From contig JAYZQJ010000007.1 in NCBI GenBank assembly GCA_036149055.1, positions 32,001-96,000 on the forward strand: 64,000 nucleotides of DNA. Reading direction: 5' to 3'. This DNA comes from Myxococcota bacterium. GTDB lineage: Bacteria > Myxococcota_A > Polyangia > Polyangiales > Sandaracinaceae. Made by a program: the position numbers and the translations under genes. This document shows, piece by piece, positions 27,176 to 37,807 of the stretch (its first letter is position 1; the number at the start of each line of letters is the position of its first letter). The notes under the pieces were generated by a model. The model was not told where the DNA came from and made no database searches. It saw only the letters and a program-made list of their open reading frames with translations.

Positions 27176-27885
27176 ATCGCGCGGGCGCCGTGGCGGACGT
27201 CCTCGCCCTCGACCATGTAGACGACCATCTCGGCGATGTTGGTGGCGAGGTCGGCGATGCGCTCGAGGCACTTCGCGCTCGAGGTCAGGCCCATGCCGAC
27301 GTCGGCCAGCATCGGGTTCCGCTTCATGTAGGCGACGCTGCGAGAGAGCGCGCGGGCGTGCAGCGCGTCGACCGCGTCGTCCATCGCGAGCACCCGCTGC
27401 GCTCGCTCGACGTCCTCCTCCACGAAGGCGTCGAGCGCGAGGTCGAGCATGTCGGCGCCGCGCGAGCCCATCTCGTTGAGGATGGCCTTGATGCCGCGGA
27501 CCTCCTCGGCGTCGATGGCGAGGCGCGCGGCCCGCTCGGCCACGTTGACCGCCTCGTCGCCGATCGTCTCCAGGTCGGTGACCACCTTCAGCGCCGTCAC
27601 CAGGAGCCGCAGGTCGCGGCCGACCGGGGAGCGCAGCGCGAGGATGCGGACCGCGAGCTCGTCGCAGGCGAGGTGGTCGGCGTTGACCAGCCGATCGGCG
27701 TCGTCGACCGCCCGGGCCCGCGCCGCGTCGCCGTCCTCGACCGCGCGGAGCGCCTCCGAGATCAGCCGCTCGCACCGGCCGCCCATCGCGAGCAGGCGGT
27801 CCTTCAGCTCACGGAGCTCGGCGTCGAACTGACGGTCTGTATGGCGGAAGGGCGACGTCTTCTCCAGCTGGGCTGATCGTGTCAC
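27160..27885 (-). CDS. phoU: phosphate signalling protein PhoU
   Basis: PVGRDLR, DLETIGD, DDAVD, LERIADLATNIAE. Confidence 0.93.
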   Translation of the reverse strand: MTRSAQLEKTSPFRHTDRQFDAELRELKDRLLAMGGRCERLISEALRAVEDGDAARARAVDDADRLVNADHLACDELAVRILALRSPVGRDLRLLVTALKVVTDLETIGDEAVNVAERAARLAIDAEEVRGIKAILNEMGSRGADMLDLALDAFVEEDVERAQRVLAMDDAVDALHARALSRSVAYMKRNPMLADVGMGLTSSAKCLERIADLATNIAEMVVYMVEGEDVRHGARAIQSLE

Positions 27886-27886
27886 A

Positions 27887-27900
27887 GGAGGCCGGCCTCC
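27887..27900 (-). promoter_or_regulatory. perfect palindrome GGAGGCCGGCCTCC covering the phoU SD
   Basis: 14-bp palindrome containing GGAGG, 10 nt from the GTG start. Confidence 0.4.
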
Positions 27901-27901
27901 G

Positions 27902-27938
27902 AAAACGCGAAAGCCGCCGCCCGGGGAGGGCGACGGCT
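27902..27938 (-). terminator. terminator between the lipoprotein gene and phoU
   Basis: AGCCGTCGCCC-TCCCC-GGGCGGCGGCT followed by an interrupted U-tract TTCGCGTTTT. Confidence 0.65.
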
Positions 27939-27958
27939 CTCGGGTGGACCGGGAAGGA

Positions 27959-29317
<1,359 letters not shown>

Positions 29318-29338
29318 GTCGTTCCCTCTGGATGGGGC

Positions 29339-32254
29339 TCAGTAGGCGTACTGCAGGCCGAGGCTTCCGCTCATGCCGGGCTCGACGCGCTGCACCAGGA
29401 AGTCACCCATCGTGTAGTCCTGGACCTGGAACAGGATGTTTCGGAGCTTGAGTCTCAGTTGGAAGTGGTCCGCGAAGCGCCAGCCGAGGATGAGGTCCAG
29501 CGAGTGGAAGGGCGCTCGCTCGATCGGCGGCCGGATCTCGCCCGCCTGTCGGTAGCCGACGTTGGTGATCCGCGGGCCGACGACGTTGTAGACCAGGGCC
29601 GCCGTGACACCCGCGTCGGGTTCGGCAAACTGGAGTGACACGTTCGCGACATACGGCGCCTGCCCGGTGAGCGGGCGCTCGGCGCGGACCGAGCCCGACA
29701 GCTCGTCCGGGAGCTGAACGGTCGAGTAGATGACCGCGAGGCTCGCGCCGAAGCTGAACATGCGCAGCGCCTCGTGGAGGTGCCGCAGGCTGAACCGCAG
29801 CTCCGCCTCGCCGCCGACGTTGTGGGCGAGCTCGGCGTTGATGAACTCCGCGTCCCAGTTGTTCGGGTTGACGATCTGGAGCTCGATCGGCTGGTCGAAG
29901 TACTTGTAGAACGCGCTGAGCGCGAGGATCTCGCCGGTCCCGAAGAACCACTCCCAGCGGAGGTCCGCGTTCTGGATCAGCGTGCGCGACAGGAGCGGGT
30001 TGCCCTGCACGTTCCGGTCGAGGACGAAGTCGTAGTACTGGTAGGCGGCGAGCTCGCGGATCTGCGGGCGCGCGACCGTCATCCCGTAGCCCGCGCGCAG
30101 GAACATCTGGTCGGCGACCTGCAGTCGGAAGGCGCCGCCCGGGAGCACGTCGAGGTCGGTGCGGTCGGTCCCCTCCGAGCCCTCGGGCGCCTCGTCCGAG
30201 AAGGGGCTCCGCGGCTCGACCAGCTGCCGGAAGGCCTCGAAGCGGGCGCCGCCGGTGAAGCTGAGCGCGTCGCCGAGCGGGGTCTCGAGCATCGCGAAGC
30301 CCGCGTAGTACTGCGACTCCGCGTGGTAGGCGTCGTCGTCGCCGGTGAACTCGCGCATGCGGGTGAGGACGCCGATGTTCTCGGCGCTGAAGAGCTCCTC
30401 GACCGGCGCCTGGTACGCGGACTGATCGCTCGCGCCCGTGTCCTGCATCATGCGCAGCCGCCGGATGCCGAAGTCGCGCGCCGACATCCGCGCCTGGCCG
30501 CCCACCGTGCCCCAGCCCTCGGACCAGAGGGGGAAGCGGAGGTCGAGCGTCGCGCCACCGTCGACCTGGTCGAGGTCGGAGTAGAAGCGCTCGCCCGACT
30601 GTGACTTCTCGAGCCAGCGGAGCGCGGTGCCTCCGCCCTGCGGCCCGTACGTGACGGTGCGTCGGTCGGGCTCCTCGCGGGCGCCGTAGCTCCCGTACGC
30701 GCTCCAGCGGAGACGCATGCGCTCGCCGAACAGGTCGCGGTGGTCGCCCTGAAGCTGCGAGAACCACATCGACCGCGCGATGTGCTGGAGCTGCCAGCGC
30801 TCGGCGTAGCCGGCGAGCTCTCCGCTCTGCCCCGCGTAGAACGAGGTCTCGTCGACCATGGAGCGGTTGAAGAGCGTCAGGAACGTCAGCGAGTGGTCCT
30901 GCCCGAGCTCCAGGCTCGCCGTGCCGAGCGCGCCGAGCTGGACCTCCTCGGAGCCGGTCTCGGTGGCCCAGTCGTTGAACGCCTGGAGGTCGTCGTTGCT
31001 GCCGGTGGGACGCGGCCGGCTGAGCCCGATCGTGCGGACGTCCGCGTGGTCGTAGAACGCGGTGACGAGGTAGCCGAAGCGGTCGCCGCCGCCGAGGTCC
31101 ACCGAGTCGCCGACGGTGAACCCGAGGCCGAAGTTGGGCGGCGCGGTCGAGCGCTGGTACTGCCAGCGGTTCGGGAAGCGCTCGGCCACCTGCTCCAGCT
31201 CGTCGGGCGAGAGATCGGTGCGGCTGCCGACGATGCGGGTGCGGTCGAGGCCGCTCGGGAACGCGCGCGTGCCGTCGTCGAAGCCGAGCCAGTCGAGGTC
31301 TCCGCCGGCGTAGGTCAGCCGGTCGCGGAACGTCGTCATGCTGTTGGCGCCGACGCTCGCCTCGAGCTGGAAGGTGAACTCGGTCGGGAAGCGGACGGTC
31401 CGGATGTCGAGCACGCCGCCGGCGAAGTTGCCCGGCAGGTTCGGGAGGAACGCCTTCGAGATCTGGAGGTTGTCGATGATGCTCGTCGGGAAGAGGTCCA
31501 GGTCGACCGCCGGCACGTCCGGGTCGGTCGAGGGGAGCTGCACGCCGTTGAGCAGCACGATGGTGTAGCGGCCGCCGAGGCCGCGGATGTTGAGATTGGT
31601 GCCCTCGAGGGTGACGCCGACCACGTTCCGCGCCGCGCTGCCCGCGTCGCTCGCGCCGGACTGCGACATCTGCTCGCTGCCCATGCCCTCGCCGATGCCG
31701 CTCGACGCGGCGCGGAGCTGGTCCTGCGCTGCCGCGCTCGAGGTGTCGGCGCGGTAGACGATCTCGACCTCCTCGGCGACCGCCTCGGCGTCGATGGGGT
31801 CGAGGGTGAGCGTCAGATCGCTCCAGCGCCCCGAGCGCACGACCACCCGGGGCATGCGCGCCCCGTGGTAGAGGTCGGTGTAGCCGAGCACCGAGTAGCG
31901 GCCGGGCGGCACGACGAGCACGTAGCCGCCGGTGTCGCTGGTGATCGTGTTCTCCATCGTCTGCGGAGAGCGCGCGATCACGACCGCGTCCGGCAGCCCC
32001 TCGCCCGTCTGCGAGTCGACGATGCGTCCCCGGATCCCGGTGTCCGCGGTCGGCGGCCCGTCGTCGACGAGCTCGGCCTCGATCTCGGCCTCGACCTCGT
32101 TCTCGACCTCGGTCTCGTTCTCGACCTCGGTCTCGACCGAGGCGTCCGCCGTCTCCGGCACGCCGGCGTCTTGCGCGTGCGCAAAAGAGGTTGTCATTGT
32201 GACAACCCAGTAGATACACGTCACCCAGCAGAGATCTGCAATCGAAGGTCTCAT
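29339..32254 (-). CDS. TonB-dependent receptor with an N-terminal carboxypeptidase-regulatory-like domain
   Basis: Signal ending AHA-Q; IRGRIVD; plug IRGLGGRY...LDLFP...NFAGG; NPLL...DLRWEWF; C-terminal GLQYAY. Confidence 0.92.
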   Translation of the reverse strand: MRPSIADLCWVTCIYWVVTMTTSFAHAQDAGVPETADASVETEVENETEVENEVEAEIEAELVDDGPPTADTGIRGRIVDSQTGEGLPDAVVIARSPQTMENTITSDTGGYVLVVPPGRYSVLGYTDLYHGARMPRVVVRSGRWSDLTLTLDPIDAEAVAEEVEIVYRADTSSAAAQDQLRAASSGIGEGMGSEQMSQSGASDAGSAARNVVGVTLEGTNLNIRGLGGRYTIVLLNGVQLPSTDPDVPAVDLDLFPTSIIDNLQISKAFLPNLPGNFAGGVLDIRTVRFPTEFTFQLEASVGANSMTTFRDRLTYAGGDLDWLGFDDGTRAFPSGLDRTRIVGSRTDLSPDELEQVAERFPNRWQYQRSTAPPNFGLGFTVGDSVDLGGGDRFGYLVTAFYDHADVRTIGLSRPRPTGSNDDLQAFNDWATETGSEEVQLGALGTASLELGQDHSLTFLTLFNRSMVDETSFYAGQSGELAGYAERWQLQHIARSMWFSQLQGDHRDLFGERMRLRWSAYGSYGAREEPDRRTVTYGPQGGGTALRWLEKSQSGERFYSDLDQVDGGATLDLRFPLWSEGWGTVGGQARMSARDFGIRRLRMMQDTGASDQSAYQAPVEELFSAENIGVLTRMREFTGDDDAYHAESQYYAGFAMLETPLGDALSFTGGARFEAFRQLVEPRSPFSDEAPEGSEGTDRTDLDVLPGGAFRLQVADQMFLRAGYGMTVARPQIRELAAYQYYDFVLDRNVQGNPLLSRTLIQNADLRWEWFFGTGEILALSAFYKYFDQPIELQIVNPNNWDAEFINAELAHNVGGEAELRFSLRHLHEALRMFSFGASLAVIYSTVQLPDELSGSVRAERPLTGQAPYVANVSLQFAEPDAGVTAALVYNVVGPRITNVGYRQAGEIRPPIERAPFHSLDLILGWRFADHFQLRLKLRNILFQVQDYTMGDFLVQRVEPGMSGSLGLQYAY
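32096..32135 (-). repeat. 18-bp tandem repeat encoding an acidic linker (TEVENE)
   Basis: CTCGTTCTCGACCTCGGT x2.2 on the + strand. Confidence 0.75.
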
Positions 32255-32273
32255 GGCTGCCTCTGCGCGGCGG

Positions 32274-32708
32274 CTAGCGGAGCCGCTCCGTCATCACCGC
32301 GATGTGCGCGGCGCCCGCGGAGCGGGCCAGGTCCATCACCTCGACCGCGCGCTCGAAGGGCGCTCCGTCGTCGGCGTCGAAGTAGATCTTCCGCTCCTGA
32401 CGCGCGACGAGCATGCGGCGCAGGCGGACGGGGAACGTGGCGTCGGGGAAGACGTCCCGGTTGATCTGGATCTGCCCGTTCCGGTTGACCGTCACCACGA
32501 TCGGCGGGTTCGACTGGTCGACGGGCATCTGCTCGGCCTGCACGTTCGGTGGCAGGTGGAGCCAGAAGAAGCGATGCATGGCCGGCATCACGACCATGAA
32601 GATGATGAGGAGCACGAGCACCACGTCGACGAGCGGGGTGACGTTCATCTCGGGCTTGGCCTTGCCCTTCCTCTTGCCCTTCCCCCCGGTCTCGATCTCC
32701 ATGCCCAT
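32274..32708 (-). CDS. exbD: ExbD/TolR
   Basis: MNVTPLVDVVLVLLIIFMV; DADDGAPF. Confidence 0.92.
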   Translation of the reverse strand: MGMEIETGGKGKRKGKAKPEMNVTPLVDVVLVLLIIFMVVMPAMHRFFWLHLPPNVQAEQMPVDQSNPPIVVTVNRNGQIQINRDVFPDATFPVRLRRMLVARQERKIYFDADDGAPFERAVEVMDLARSAGAAHIAVMTERLR

Positions 32709-32725
32709 GACGGGTCTCCTTCAGC

Positions 32726-33172
<447 letters not shown>

Positions 33173-33177
33173 GGCGC

Positions 33178-33912
33178 TCAGGCGGCGGACGGGACGGCGT
33201 CCGCGGCGCCCTCCTCTTCGAGGCTCGTCTCACCCGAGACGGGCGGGGCGATCACGCCGGCCTCGAGCTGATCGACCAGCTCGCTGCCCGCGTTGGCGAG
33301 GCCGGCCTCGTACTTGGCGACCCGGCCGCTGAGCCAGTTGAAGACCAGCACCGCCGGGATGGCGACGAGCAGGCCGTAGCCGGTGACGATGAGCGCCTCG
33401 GAGATCATCGGGCCGATGGTGCCCATGCCGCCCGACGCCTCCTGACCGATGGCCTTGAAGGCGGCGAGGATGCCGAGCACGGTCCCGAGCAGCCCGATGA
33501 AGGGCGCCGTCGAGCCGGTCGAGGCGAGCACGCTGAGCCCCTTGTTCAGGCTCTCGCTCAGGTTCTCGCCCTTGCGCTCGAGGGCGCGCTGGGTGAACTC
33601 CGCCGACTTGTGCGCGGAGTGACCGGCCGCGCTGCGGTCGAGGAACGTCTCGACGCCGATGGCGATGAACTGCGCGAGGTGGCTCTTCTCGTGCTTCTTC
33701 GCGATCGAGAGCGCCGCCTCGTACTCCCCGCGCTCCAGCTTGGCGCCCGCCTCCGAGGCGAACGCGCGCGAGCGCGCGCCGGAGACGAGCAGGAGGATCA
33801 GCCGATCCACCAGCACGTAGATGCAGAAGAGTGCCTGGAGCGTCAGGACGATGACGACGCCTCGCACCAGGTTGTTCATGTTGGCCCACATGTGGAGCAG
33901 ATCCATCTCCAT
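33178..33912 (-). CDS. exbB: ExbB/TolQ proton channel
   Basis: LASTGSTAPFIGLLGTVLGI, ISEALIVTG, VAIPA. Confidence 0.92.
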   Translation of the reverse strand: MEMDLLHMWANMNNLVRGVVIVLTLQALFCIYVLVDRLILLLVSGARSRAFASEAGAKLERGEYEAALSIAKKHEKSHLAQFIAIGVETFLDRSAAGHSAHKSAEFTQRALERKGENLSESLNKGLSVLASTGSTAPFIGLLGTVLGILAAFKAIGQEASGGMGTIGPMISEALIVTGYGLLVAIPAVLVFNWLSGRVAKYEAGLANAGSELVDQLEAGVIAPPVSGETSLEEEGAADAVPSAA

Positions 33913-33934
33913 GGCGGCTACCTCGCTTGTTTGT

Positions 33935-34699
33935 TCAGAGAACGTCGGGGCGGAAAGTGAAAACGTACGAGAGGACGTAGGGCACCGGGCGACCCTCCAG
34001 GGTGGCCGGCTCGTAGACACGCGTGTTGACGCACGAGAGGATCGTGTCCTCCGGGATGAGGGCGTGCCCTTCGGCGATGGTGGCGCGCATGACGCGGCCG
34101 TCGGCGCCGATGACCACCCGGACCCGGATGCGGATCGTCTCGGCGGTCTGGCCCTCGAGGCTCTCGGGGCGCTCGGGCACCCCGCAGCCGGAGATCATCT
34201 GGGGCGCCTGCACCTCGACGCGCTCCTGCTGGGGCGGCGGGCGCGGCGGGGTCGGCGGCCCGGGCGGCGGCTCCGGCGGCGCAGGCGGCTCGGGCTCCTC
34301 GACCGGGCCGGTGCCGCCCTCGACGCCGCCCTCGACTCCGTCCACCGGCCCGACCTCGCCGGCCTCGGCCAGCTCGCCCTCGGCCTCGCTCGGGCGGGCG
34401 TCGGGGATCGAGCTCGGCGGCGCGTCGCTCGCGGCGGCCGCGGCGGGCGGCGGGCGGCGGCGCTGAGGCTCGGGCTCCGGCTCCGGCTCGGGCTCCGGCT
34501 CGGGCTCGGGCGCCTCGTCCAGGGTGGCGAACTCGACGTCCACCTCTTGCTCCTGCTGGACGATCTGGTGCGCGGTCGCGACCGCCCCGGCGATGCCCGC
34601 CGCGAGCAGCCCGAAGAGCGCCGCCGCGATCACGAGGGAGACGGTCCGCCGGCCGCGGCCCTCTTCCTTCCGAGCGTTCTTGTCGAAGTCGCTGAACAT
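33935..34699 (-). CDS. tonB: TonB-like energy transducer
   Basis: N-terminal TM anchor, (EP)n linker, C-terminal VVIGADGRV...YEPATLEGRPV. Confidence 0.88.
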   Translation of the reverse strand: MFSDFDKNARKEEGRGRRTVSLVIAAALFGLLAAGIAGAVATAHQIVQQEQEVDVEFATLDEAPEPEPEPEPEPEPEPQRRRPPPAAAAASDAPPSSIPDARPSEAEGELAEAGEVGPVDGVEGGVEGGTGPVEEPEPPAPPEPPPGPPTPPRPPPQQERVEVQAPQMISGCGVPERPESLEGQTAETIRIRVRVVIGADGRVMRATIAEGHALIPEDTILSCVNTRVYEPATLEGRPVPYVLSYVFTFRPDVL

Positions 34700-34759
34700 G
34701 CGCGAGCGCCCGCCGGACGAGACGTCGTCGGCAGGCACGCGCAGAGCTAAGGGCCGTCT

Positions 34760-34777
34760 GTGAACGGGTCGTGACAG
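34760..34777 (-). promoter_or_regulatory. putative Pho box
   Basis: CTGTCAC-GACC-CGTTCAC, an 11-bp-period direct repeat compared with E. coli CTGTCAT-N4-CTGTCAY; TAGCTC lies 10 bp downstream. Confidence 0.65.
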
Positions 34778-34901
34778 ACGGGGGGCGGTCCTCGGTCAAC
34801 CACTTCGAAGCTTCGGGACCGGGCGAATTCGCTATGTGACTCGTGAGAAACGTCATCATGACCTGACGCAGCGTCGCCGCAGTCCCGGCTTCGACGGATC
34901 G

Positions 34902-36311
34902 TCAGCGGCCGCGGGCGAGCACGAAGCGGACGGCCTCCGGGAGCACGTCGCGCAGGCGGTCGACCACGATCTCGTGGGGGAGGGCGCGGCCGGGTGGCAG
35001 CGCGAGCACCGCGCGGGCGTCGAGGGTGCGGCCCGGGTCCATGCGCGGCGCGTCCAGGAGCGCCTCGGCCAGCTGGCGGGCGTGCTCCAGGTCTCCGGTC
35101 GCCGCAGCGAGGAGGCGCAGGCGGGCCCCGAGGCTCTGGCGGGCCATGCGATCGTCGATCGCCCGGGCGGCGCCTCGGGCGTCCCCCTGCGCCAGCGACT
35201 CGAAGGCGACGAGCGGCGCCTCGTCCTCCACCGGCACCCGGGTCGCGACCACCTGGGAGCCGCGGCCGCGGGTGGCGCGCTCGCCGTCGAGGAGCTGCCC
35301 CGCCTGCGCCAGCCGCTCGATCGCCGCGATCGCGCCCCCGTCCGTGCCTCGCAGGCGCGCCGCCGCGGTCACCCGCTCGGCCGCGCGGAACCGGCCGGTG
35401 CTCACGCAGGCCGCCGCCACCGCCACCGTCTCCGAGCGGCCCTCCGCCTCGCGGAGCGGCGCCTGCACCCGCAGGTCGAGGACCAGCGCCGCCGCCTCGT
35501 CGATGCAGCGCGCGCAGGTGGCCACGTGCCCCTCCGCCCGGGCCCGGGCCGCGCCACGCAGGCTCCCGTCGACGAAGCCGGCCAGCGCGAGGTCGGCCAG
35601 GCAGCCGCCCGTCCTGGGGGTCAGCCGCGACAGCAGCCGCTCGCCGACCGCCCGCCACGTCTTCTCCACCCTCGCCCGGACCCGGCGCGCGTCCGGATCC
35701 TGCTCGGTGCGCAGGGCCAGCTCGACCCGCTCGGGCATGTCGGCCGCGTCGAGCAGGGCGCGGTAGCAGCGCGCGCTGAGCTCCGGCTCGCCGTCCTGGG
35801 CGAGGCGCGCCGCCACGCGCTCGAGGTTCGCCAGGGCCACCGTCGGGTTGAGGCCCAGGGTGGCGGCCATGTCTCCGCGCGAGAGCCCGCGGAGCCGCAG
35901 CCGGACGAGCGCCACGACGTTGGGCGGCAGCTTGGCGAGGATCTCCTCGACCCGGGCCGAGGGCTCGCTCACCGCCAGGTCCTCCAGGTAGAGCCCGCTC
36001 GGCGTCGGGGCGGGGGCGATGGCGGCGCCCGGGTTCGTGACCGAGGCGGCGTGGCGGAGCGTCGCGTGGCGCGCGGTGACGCCGAGGGCGCTCCGCAGCT
36101 GACAGGCGCCCGCCCAGCCCGCGAGGGGGCCGTCGGGGCGGCGCAGCTCCTCCCAGGCGGCGTCGACCACCGCCTCGAGGTCCGCCTCCGGATCGAGCAG
36201 CCTCGCCGCGACCGCCCGCACGAACGCCCCGTGCCGCGAGATCAGCGCCGACCACGCGGCCCCGTCGCCGGCCAAACCGGCGCGCACGAGGGCGTCGTCG
36301 TCCCCAACCAC
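34902..36311 (-). CDS. degenerate ECF sigma-like protein fused to a ZAS (zf-HC2) domain and a helical tail
   Basis: DDALV...GDGAAWSALI (sigma2), LAKLPP...GLSRGDMAATLG (sigma4), HVATCARC. Confidence 0.7.
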   Translation of the reverse strand: MVGDDDALVRAGLAGDGAAWSALISRHGAFVRAVAARLLDPEADLEAVVDAAWEELRRPDGPLAGWAGACQLRSALGVTARHATLRHAASVTNPGAAIAPAPTPSGLYLEDLAVSEPSARVEEILAKLPPNVVALVRLRLRGLSRGDMAATLGLNPTVALANLERVAARLAQDGEPELSARCYRALLDAADMPERVELALRTEQDPDARRVRARVEKTWRAVGERLLSRLTPRTGGCLADLALAGFVDGSLRGAARARAEGHVATCARCIDEAAALVLDLRVQAPLREAEGRSETVAVAAACVSTGRFRAAERVTAAARLRGTDGGAIAAIERLAQAGQLLDGERATRGRGSQVVATRVPVEDEAPLVAFESLAQGDARGAARAIDDRMARQSLGARLRLLAAATGDLEHARQLAEALLDAPRMDPGRTLDARAVLALPPGRALPHEIVVDRLRDVLPEAVRFVLARGR

Positions 36312-36384
36312 CCCGTCGATCTACGGCGCTCCCGAGCGGCCGGTCAACGCGCCGCGGAAAGCAGCCGAAATCACCGGGGATTCG

Positions 36385-36413
36385 TTGACACGGTGGGGCC
36401 CCCCCGACATCAT
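36385..36413 (+). promoter_or_regulatory. putative sigma70 promoter
   Basis: TTGACA-17 bp-CATCAT before the kinase gene. Confidence 0.5.
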
Positions 36414-36445
36414 TCGGCGCGAGGGTCAGCCCCCCTCGCCGACCC

Positions 36446-37807
36446 ATGTCCGACCGTATCGGCAACTGCAGGATCCTCGGTGAGATCGGCAGCGGCGGCA
36501 TGGCCGTCGTCTACCGCGCCGTACAGGAGCCGCTCGGCCGCGAGGTCGCCATCAAGTCGCTGAAGCCGTCCATCGCGGTCGACAGCGGCTTCGCGAAGCG
36601 CTTCGAGCGCGAGGCCCACTTCATGGCCTCGCTGCAGCACGAGAACATCCTCCACGTCTACGACTTCATCAAAGACCGCGGGACGATGCACATCATCATG
36701 GAGTTCGTGCAGGGCATCGACCTGTACGACCTCCTGGAGATCACGCCTCGCCTCCCGGTCGACGTCGCCTCGATCATCGCCCTGCAGGTGGCCCGCGCCC
36801 TGGACTACGCCCACTTCCGCGGCGTCATCCACCGCGACATCAAGCCCGCCAACATCATGATCAGCAAGCAGGGCGAGGTGAAGCTGATGGACTTCGGCAT
36901 CGCTCGCGACGACAAGCTGAGCGATCTGACCGAGACCGGGACCGGGCTGGGCACCCCGAGCTACATGAGCCCGGAGCAGATCCTCGGCGACAAGCTCGAC
37001 TTCCGGAGCGACGTGTTCTCGCTGGGCATCGTGCTCTACCAGATGGCCACCGGGCAGAAGCCGTTCGTCGAGGACGACGCCCGCACGGTGATGCAGAAGA
37101 TCCGGCTCGACCGGTACGTCAGCCCGCGCAAGCTCAACCCGGACGTGCCGCGCGCGCTCGAGCGCATCATGGCCCGCTGCATGGAGAAGATGCCGGCCAA
37201 CCGGTATCCGACCACGCAGGCCCTGATCGACGACCTGATGGACTTCCTCAGCGCGCGGGTGCCGATCAACCACAACGCGCGCGTGGTCATGTACCTGCGC
37301 GAGCTGGGCGTGGTGACCGAGGAGGAGGCCGACGAGATCCTCGCCGCCTCGACCCCGAACCGCAGCCGCCGCGCGAGCGGGGACACGGGCACCGTCCGGC
37401 TGATGTGGCTGGTCAACGCGGTGCTCTTCGCGGCCATCGTCGGCACCGGCGGCGCCATCCAGGCCACGGCCGGCAACCTCGAGGACGCGGCGCCGCGCTT
37501 CACCTCGCAGCCGAGCTCCAGCATCCTGCCCGAGCAGGCCGGGCACCTCTCCTTCGTCATCGAGCCGTGGGCCGAGGTCCACATCGCCTCGGAGCGGACC
37601 GGGGGCCAGTGGCAGCACCTCCTGACCACCCCGTCGGCGCGCCGCGTGGCGCTCGCCCCCGGCCGCTACTGGCTGAAGTTCCGCAACCCGTTCTTCGACG
37701 AGATCGTGCAGGTGGTGCAGGTCCGGGCGAACGAGAGCCGGGTGATCGAGCTCGACATGGAGCAGGGCGAGAGCGACGAGATGCCGGGCGAGGAGGCCCC
37801 CGAGTGA
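36446..37807 (+). CDS. membrane Ser/Thr protein kinase with a PEGA-like C-terminus
   Basis: GSGGMAVV, VAIK, HRDIKPAN, DFG, GTPSYMSPE; TM helix; PWAEVHI...PGRY. Confidence 0.93.
   Translation: MSDRIGNCRILGEIGSGGMAVVYRAVQEPLGREVAIKSLKPSIAVDSGFAKRFEREAHFMASLQHENILHVYDFIKDRGTMHIIMEFVQGIDLYDLLEITPRLPVDVASIIALQVARALDYAHFRGVIHRDIKPANIMISKQGEVKLMDFGIARDDKLSDLTETGTGLGTPSYMSPEQILGDKLDFRSDVFSLGIVLYQMATGQKPFVEDDARTVMQKIRLDRYVSPRKLNPDVPRALERIMARCMEKMPANRYPTTQALIDDLMDFLSARVPINHNARVVMYLRELGVVTEEEADEILAASTPNRSRRASGDTGTVRLMWLVNAVLFAAIVGTGGAIQATAGNLEDAAPRFTSQPSSSILPEQAGHLSFVIEPWAEVHIASERTGGQWQHLLTTPSARRVALAPGRYWLKFRNPFFDEIVQVVQVRANESRVIELDMEQGESDEMPGEEAPE

Noticed and set aside
36130..36200. Phospho-activated ECF (Ser/Thr in place of the DAED motif)
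   Set aside because: The equivalent segment (PEADLEAVVD) has no Ser or Thr.
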